Shown in pieces: positions 56,801 to 60,962 of a DNA stretch of 60,962 bases. Position numbers and translations under genes: made by a program. A model generated the notes under the pieces. It made no database searches. It saw only the letters and a list, made by a program, of their open reading frames with translations, and had not been told where the DNA came from. The DNA is from a virus (lineage: Duplodnaviria; Caudoviricetes): the IMG/VR virus record IMGVR_UViG_3300023184_000132, positions 1 through 60,962 of that record. One strand, 5' to 3'. Every line of letters starts with the position of its first letter. Within the stretch, counting starts at the first letter, position 1.

Positions 56801-57832
56801 GGATCTGCTACAGGACACCAATCTCTTTCAGGAGTCTACAAAGTAAGTTCAGTTACAGGAGATTCGGTACGAGTATACACTCCAATTCCTTTTGGTGCTA
56901 GTGGTTCAAACATTTTCACAGGTTACATTACTGGTGGAATAAGTGGTAATTTTAATCAAGTGGATGTGTACACGGTATCCATGAACTTCCGAGACTGTAG
57001 TGGATACATTGTAAATTCTGGCGATTTAACTCTAGGGTTGTCTTCTCACGGACTTCCGTTTGTGGTGTCGTTTGAAGGTATGACTGCAAGTAGTCAAGCA
57101 GCAAAAGCAGTTATGGCTGTAAAGTCGGGTCATGTTGTTGTGGGTGAAGACATGGCATTCTACGGATGGCCTGCCTATGGAGCAGCATTGTTTGCTGACA
57201 GCGGAGGAACTATCAATGCCTATTCTCCAAAAATTTCACAAAATGCTGTTGGTGTTCACGCAACCAACAATTCTCAAATTAAATTGAAAAATCCTGTAAT
57301 TTCTTCCAACACCTTTGGTTTGTATTCTCGTAATGGTGGTATTATTCAAACCACAGGCTTAAAGGTAGACCGAGCAATCACCTTGATGGCAAATAATTCT
57401 GCAATCGGCCTTGTTTACGATGCAGCTCTTAAAATTGAAGACTCAAAGTCACACATAATGTCTAGTGGTTATCAGGCAGGATTTTATTTTGGAGGAAGTT
57501 CTGAGTTTACTATTAGGGGTGGTGACGATGATTTAGGCCTTAGTGGTGCTACAGGATTGTCAAATACCTGTGGTGGTTCAACAGGAGGCCTAACTGGTGC
57601 AACAGGAGGAAACGGTTTCCTTATTGGTGCTCCTGGTTCTGTTGGAAGAGCCACTCTTTTATTTGGTACAGGAACTATGTCTGTTAATGTTACTGGTCCC
57701 GTTGCGTTTAAAGCGTCTTCAAGAAACTCAGCTACGCAAATTATACAGGCAAGAAACAGTTTAACTCCTAGTTCTGCATTTTCAGATTTAGGAATACAAC
57801 CACCACCAACAGCACCATTTAATCCACAATAA
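53804..57832 (+). CDS. Fibre/spike protein with split tail-collar domain, collagen-like segments and C-terminal beta-helix
   Basis: TPVGSLVPY.G / WLLC.G / FFIPDLRGR..IGAG / HQNMSPFMATNWLIRY; GATG runs; C-terminal right-handed beta-helix-like repeats (ISQNAVGVHATNNS, ISSNTFGLYSRNGG). Confidence 0.82.
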   Translation: MANFRSNRFGSVYIQPTPNEVGLKDIFSQPGHSFQPGAAVYFETNGSLQPAIATSLSKSSVIGLVESVNGDNVTVVYQGEIEFAAGATSSLVNFPLLTGNTYYLSASITGGITAGYSTDLSAIIKPLMIPSGGYKGVVINSLPLSSTPFITLFTPVGSLVPYVGAGSNLPGGWLLCVGDALKKTSSNPPYADLYGIIGEKYGVYGITKTSTTGLTAFTQFDSSVDSPPTEGPGSTKNHYIEPNDIFKMVWGSNQSVVQAYSATGTTNNVTFKFLSAITGSTSFNSLGVGTEFVLKSLVAGEAAGYTSGKFFIPDLRGRMAIGAGTGRGLSTRTLGDFGGEESHVLSVSEIPSHSHTIPILNSLGISGSASYMLNGSTGGTLQATLSSYPQTVLPVTSVTGGANAHQNMSPFMATNWLIRYRNNTGMAGIETGPRGAQGTTGSTGARGTTGATGVRGATGYALGALHYSYSSVINPSPGYFTRYTTTATNPDGSLSFSDNMVLSAEEYYGTGVGAYISASMSNTNSQRNCLAIVRSLKNPSNYARVYSLQSPYTVVNVTGPSVIPTTGTDTQAPQALFVAGNTLTYYRLPINEVLATQGTEIEGEMYSVILIPSANDGVKGATGATGAKGATGTNGVSIGALTYYYGADFGLDRTSNDGFLEAWNGFWNFSSKDYYGVDTSGVLSTIGSENVTLDAAGNQVAKQDKAVQMTVRSVSDNSYIGQFYLDGTYSTTALGSGVTAYAMTSPFSLGSIPEGSAGGLVSGQLYSVHLTPLSIPPSGFVEKTSIKTVYITADGGEVPELYIDTDGAVVADRGSTVNKTQPYGVSTNSDLPTSSAYLFSSMQGTYNKEFPNETDPVHPLATIKSNFIYSMQLTSQPCGGNCQGASGYIDLCSVVRDVNMSNYFTPPTETNIGLVKNGANTVFQSDVSHVVDGCSVNVFGYTGSYFTKIPVGISANYLNNSLGNTGRNTLAIDVYMNVNNIVVGNYIGIRPEYFTLALTGSATGHQSLSGVYKVSSVTGDSVRVYTPIPFGASGSNIFTGYITGGISGNFNQVDVYTVSMNFRDCSGYIVNSGDLTLGLSSHGLPFVVSFEGMTASSQAAKAVMAVKSGHVVVGEDMAFYGWPAYGAALFADSGGTINAYSPKISQNAVGVHATNNSQIKLKNPVISSNTFGLYSRNGGIIQTTGLKVDRAITLMANNSAIGLVYDAALKIEDSKSHIMSSGYQAGFYFGGSSEFTIRGGDDDLGLSGATGLSNTCGGSTGGLTGATGGNGFLIGAPGSVGRATLLFGTGTMSVNVTGPVAFKASSRNSATQIIQARNSLTPSSAFSDLGIQPPPTAPFNPQ

Positions 57833-57848
57833 GTGAAAAGGAAATACT

Positions 57849-58343
57849 ATGAGATTTGAAAGACTTGAATCGGGTGACTTTACTGTAAACGGAACATTGG
57901 TTAAGAAAAATATATTTTTAACTCTTGAGCCAAATTATTCTGAACCATTGGACACTATTCATTTTCGGTATGATCAAGGGGTAGGAAGAACTGTTACTAC
58001 AAACACCAAGCAGTACAAAATTGCTGGTGTGTGGGAAGAAGGAGAGCGATACTTTCGTCGTTTACACGATTTGAAACGAGCAAACATATTAACAGAAAAC
58101 GAAGAAACTGAAGAAGAGTGTGAAACCGAGGTTAAACCTGCCTCGTACCGACAAGCAAGAAAAAATGAGTATCCGCCACTTTCTGATCTTATTGTTGCTC
58201 TTTGGGAAAATTTAATTGAAAAGAAAACAAAAAAAGAATCAGGCGTTGACAGTATACAAAAATTAAGAAAAGAAGTAAAGTCTAAATACTCTTTGGAGAA
58301 CAAGAAAAATGCCATCAGTCAGGACGAGACAGAAACTAATTGA
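57849..58343 (+). CDS. Putative fibre assembly chaperone
   Basis: C-terminal YRQARKNEYPPLSDLIVALWE...RKEVKSKY, a helical motif common in genes following phage fibres. Confidence 0.55.
   Translation: MRFERLESGDFTVNGTLVKKNIFLTLEPNYSEPLDTIHFRYDQGVGRTVTTNTKQYKIAGVWEEGERYFRRLHDLKRANILTENEETEEECETEVKPASYRQARKNEYPPLSDLIVALWENLIEKKTKKESGVDSIQKLRKEVKSKYSLENKKNAISQDETETN
58282..58288 (+). promoter_or_regulatory. Late promoter variant CTAAATA upstream of gp13
   Basis: Followed by GGAG and ATG 58309; lies inside the upstream ORF. Confidence 0.5.
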
Positions 58344-59124
58344 TTATTCGTTGCGAGCATTGGGTTCGCCAGTAATAGAGGTAAATGTTGACGACGATCA
58401 AGTACAGGATCGTGTAGACGATGCTATTCGTTTCTTTTCAGAATATCACTTTGATGGTGTAGAAAAGGTGTATCTTAAATATGCAATTCAAGAAGAAGAT
58501 ATTGTAAACAAATCTATTACTATTCGTGCAGACAATCCTGGTTTCCTGCTGTCAGATAGACTCACGGCAAATTCAGAAGATCCAACTGCTGCCGATATTA
58601 TGTTGGAAGATTTGATTACCAGTGTCACCAAAATATTTCATATTACTCAGCAGTCTATGGGCATGTTTGATATTCGATATCAATACGCACTAAACGATTT
58701 ATACACCTTTGGAACTATTGATTTGGTGCAGTACGATTTAACACAGCAATACCTGTCGTTGCTTAGTCAATACTTGTCTCCTGAAAAAATGGTGAATTTT
58801 AGTCGAGTAACTAATAAATTAAAGATTCAAATGGATTGGAAATTGGCAATGCCTGGTCAATATTTTATTATTGAAGCATACCGTATTCTTGATCCTAGAA
58901 TCTACACAGAAATTTACGAAGACCGTATGCTTAAAAAGTATCTTACTGCACTAATCAAAAGACAGTGGGGAATCAATCTAAGCAAATACAACGGAATAAA
59001 ATTGCCAGGAGACATCACTTTCAATGGTGATAAACTGGTAACTGAATCTAGTACAGAAATAGATAGTATAGAAAAAGATATTATTGCAAAATACGAATTG
59101 CCAACAGACTTTATGATGGGTTAA
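58309..59124 (+). CDS. gp13: Neck protein gp13
   Basis: TRQ.LIDY.LR.LG.PVIEVNVDDDQ..DRVDDA..FF.EYHFDG, LKKY.TALIKRQWG.NL.KY.G..LPG, FMMG terminus. Confidence 0.96.
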   Translation: MPSVRTRQKLIDYSLRALGSPVIEVNVDDDQVQDRVDDAIRFFSEYHFDGVEKVYLKYAIQEEDIVNKSITIRADNPGFLLSDRLTANSEDPTAADIMLEDLITSVTKIFHITQQSMGMFDIRYQYALNDLYTFGTIDLVQYDLTQQYLSLLSQYLSPEKMVNFSRVTNKLKIQMDWKLAMPGQYFIIEAYRILDPRIYTEIYEDRMLKKYLTALIKRQWGINLSKYNGIKLPGDITFNGDKLVTESSTEIDSIEKDIIAKYELPTDFMMG

Positions 59125-59134
59125 GGAGCAAAAA

Positions 59135-60016
59135 TTGGCACTTAATCCATATTTTAACAAATTTAAAAACCTACCAGAACAAAATTTAATTGAAGATCTC
59201 ACTATTGAGGCAATTAAAATTCACGGTATGGAAATGTATTACTTACCCCGAACCATGATTCGGAAAGATGATTTCTTTGGAGAAGCACCGTACTCACGAT
59301 TTGCTTCTTTTAAAATGATTGAGATGTATATGGATACCACCACTGCATTTGAGGGTGGTGATACTTTCACAAAATTTGGATTTGAAGTTCGTGATAGTGT
59401 TAAATTTACTGCATCTCGAAAAAGATTTAAACGAGAAACTGGCATGGAAAGACCGATGGAAGGAGATTTGTTATATCTTCCTCTTAATCGTGGTCTGTTT
59501 GAGATAAAATTTGTAGAGCATGAAAATCCTTTTTACTCGTTAGGAAAATTACTTTCGTTTCAAATGACTTGCGAGCTGTTTCAATACAGCGAAGAAAAGA
59601 TGGACACCGGCATTCCTGAGATTGATGTTGTGGAGGAAGAAGCTGGTTATAGTATTACCCTTTCTTTAGGAGCAACAAGTGGAACAGGAATTTTTGGAAA
59701 AGGCGATACAGTATACCAATACTCGAACGGATCGGTTACGGGATCGGTGGAAAGCGCGAATGCTAAAGCGACCGTTCTCTCGTATGACAGTAGCATCCCA
59801 ACTACTGTTGTTGTCACTGATATATTTGGTGAGTGGAAATTATCAGACACGACGACGCAAGTCTATGTGACAAAATCTGACAATACTGCTTACAAAGTAG
59901 TCACAGGAATTAACGATAAGTTTGGCACAAACATAGACGATTCTAACGCACAGATACAGGAAGAAGCAGAGCAATATCTGAATTTCACTGAAAAGCATCC
60001 GTTTGGAGAACCATAA
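59135..60016 (+). CDS. gp14: Neck protein gp14
   Basis: NPYF, EQNLIEDL.IEAIKI.G...YYLPR, KFG.E.RD, RP.EGDL.Y.PL...LFEIKFVEHE.PFY.LGK, F.E..PFGE; TTG start with AAGGAG. Confidence 0.96.
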   Translation: MALNPYFNKFKNLPEQNLIEDLTIEAIKIHGMEMYYLPRTMIRKDDFFGEAPYSRFASFKMIEMYMDTTTAFEGGDTFTKFGFEVRDSVKFTASRKRFKRETGMERPMEGDLLYLPLNRGLFEIKFVEHENPFYSLGKLLSFQMTCELFQYSEEKMDTGIPEIDVVEEEAGYSITLSLGATSGTGIFGKGDTVYQYSNGSVTGSVESANAKATVLSYDSSIPTTVVVTDIFGEWKLSDTTTQVYVTKSDNTAYKVVTGINDKFGTNIDDSNAQIQEEAEQYLNFTEKHPFGEP

Positions 60017-60792
60017 TGTTTGAACATTTCTACCACCAAACTATCAGAAAGGTTGTTGTAGCATTTGGTTCTATATTCAACGACATCTATATTTCTCGTT
60101 TGGATAGTTCCAATACAGAAGTAGAACGAATAAAAGTTCCAATTAGTTACGGACCACAGCAAAAATTTATTCGACGACTGTCTCGTATCGGAACAGATTT
60201 TGATGCCAATAAAGTTAAGATTGAAAGTTATCTTCCAAGATTGTCGTTTGAAATTTCTACACTATCATATGATCCTAATAGAAAATTAAACACAATGAAT
60301 AGAACTATTTCCTACAAAAATGCGTCCACTATCAAGACTCGTTACGAAAAAGTTCCCTATAACATGGATTTAAGTCTAGGAATAATGACAAAAAATACTG
60401 AGGATGCTCTGCAGATCATTGAACAGATCCTTCCCTATTTTCAACCAGAGTACACAATCTCTATTAAAATGAACGAGATTGATCAGAATGTAAATATTCC
60501 TATTGTATTCAAGAATTGTAGTATCGGTGAAGGAGACGATGGGTCTTACGGAAACTATGACACAAGAAAACTGACTTACGCAACACTATCTTTTAGTTCA
60601 AAATTATATCTTTACGGCCCAATTCAAGAATCTGGTATCATTCTTAATACTGCTGGTATAAATCTTATTGATATGAATAGTGGGTTGACTGCTGCCAATA
60701 TTAATGTGTATCCAAACACAGGAGTTACTGCGGGAAACTATGTGCCAGCTGGGCCAACTGCTCAAACTGTGATTACAGAATATCCGTTATGA
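60016..60792 (+). CDS. gp17-like no; gp15: Tail sheath stabiliser / tail terminator gp15
   Basis: FYHQTIRK.VVAFG.IFN.I, KVP..YGP.QKF, LPR.SFE, VPYN, DALQI.EQILPYFQP. Confidence 0.96.
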   Translation: MFEHFYHQTIRKVVVAFGSIFNDIYISRLDSSNTEVERIKVPISYGPQQKFIRRLSRIGTDFDANKVKIESYLPRLSFEISTLSYDPNRKLNTMNRTISYKNASTIKTRYEKVPYNMDLSLGIMTKNTEDALQIIEQILPYFQPEYTISIKMNEIDQNVNIPIVFKNCSIGEGDDGSYGNYDTRKLTYATLSFSSKLYLYGPIQESGIILNTAGINLIDMNSGLTAANINVYPNTGVTAGNYVPAGPTAQTVITEYPL

Positions 60793-60807
60793 AAATAGGA
60801 GTATATT

Positions 60808-60962
60808 ATGGGTGGTGATTCAAAAATTGATGCAAATTTAAATAATGCTATATTTGGTGATCCTTTGCCTGAACCAAAGGGAAAGATGATAGAACCTGTC
60901 CGAATTGCCGTAGCATCCTCGGTAACAGGAAGTGCTGATCCAGATAGAGACTATCGGGAAGT
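60808..60962 (+). CDS. gp16: Probable terminase small subunit gp16, 3' truncated by the window edge
   Basis: AGGAG RBS; open frame MGGDSKIDANL...DPDRDYRE to the window end; position after gp15 and the D.DY motif fit gp16. Confidence 0.65.
   Translation, partial: MGGDSKIDANLNNAIFGDPLPEPKGKMIEPVRIAVASSVTGSADPDRDYRE

Noticed and set aside
1-60962. Stop-codon reassignment or selenocysteine recoding, prompted by the Cys richness
   Set aside because: Genes are full length in the standard code, all three stop codons terminate conserved genes, and no in-frame TGA interrupts the Cys arrays.

Overview
This window is a gene-dense, AT-rich segment of a large T4-like myovirus genome, with the gene content seen in environmental (cyanophage/pelagiphage-type) T4-likes. 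From left to right it holds: the 3' part of a class II ribonucleotide reductase and a RuvC-like resolvase (+); a ~39 kb minus-strand baseplate/fibre cluster (gp48, gp53, hub, gp5, PAAR, gp25, gp6, a giant 3166-aa gp7-like protein, gp8, a DUF4815/VrlC-type protein, then a fibre/adhesin cassette); a plus-strand gp4-gp2-tube initiator-gp26-gp51-tape measure block; a minus-strand replication/late-transcription block (exonuclease, gp33, gp59, gp32); then hypotheticals, a GT2-TPR glycosyltransferase, a fibre, gp13, gp14, gp15 and the start of gp16 (+). The most notable signals are: (1) hierarchically organised Cys-rich repeat arrays inserted in three virion proteins; (2) a protein-type GT2-TPR glycosyltransferase behind a late promoter, together with G-x-T/S-G motifs recurring through the virion proteins, suggesting virion glycosylation; (3) a T_TTT_TTT slippery site whose -1 frame fuses gp26 to gp51 directly before the tape measure gene; (4) an ATC start for gp4 and several apparently leaderless genes; (5) a GH56-like barrel inside gp7 and a long C-terminal extension on a lysozyme-less gp5. 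All calls come from motif recognition and synteny by eye; no database searches were run. I saw no tRNA, rRNA, CRISPR array or mobile element.
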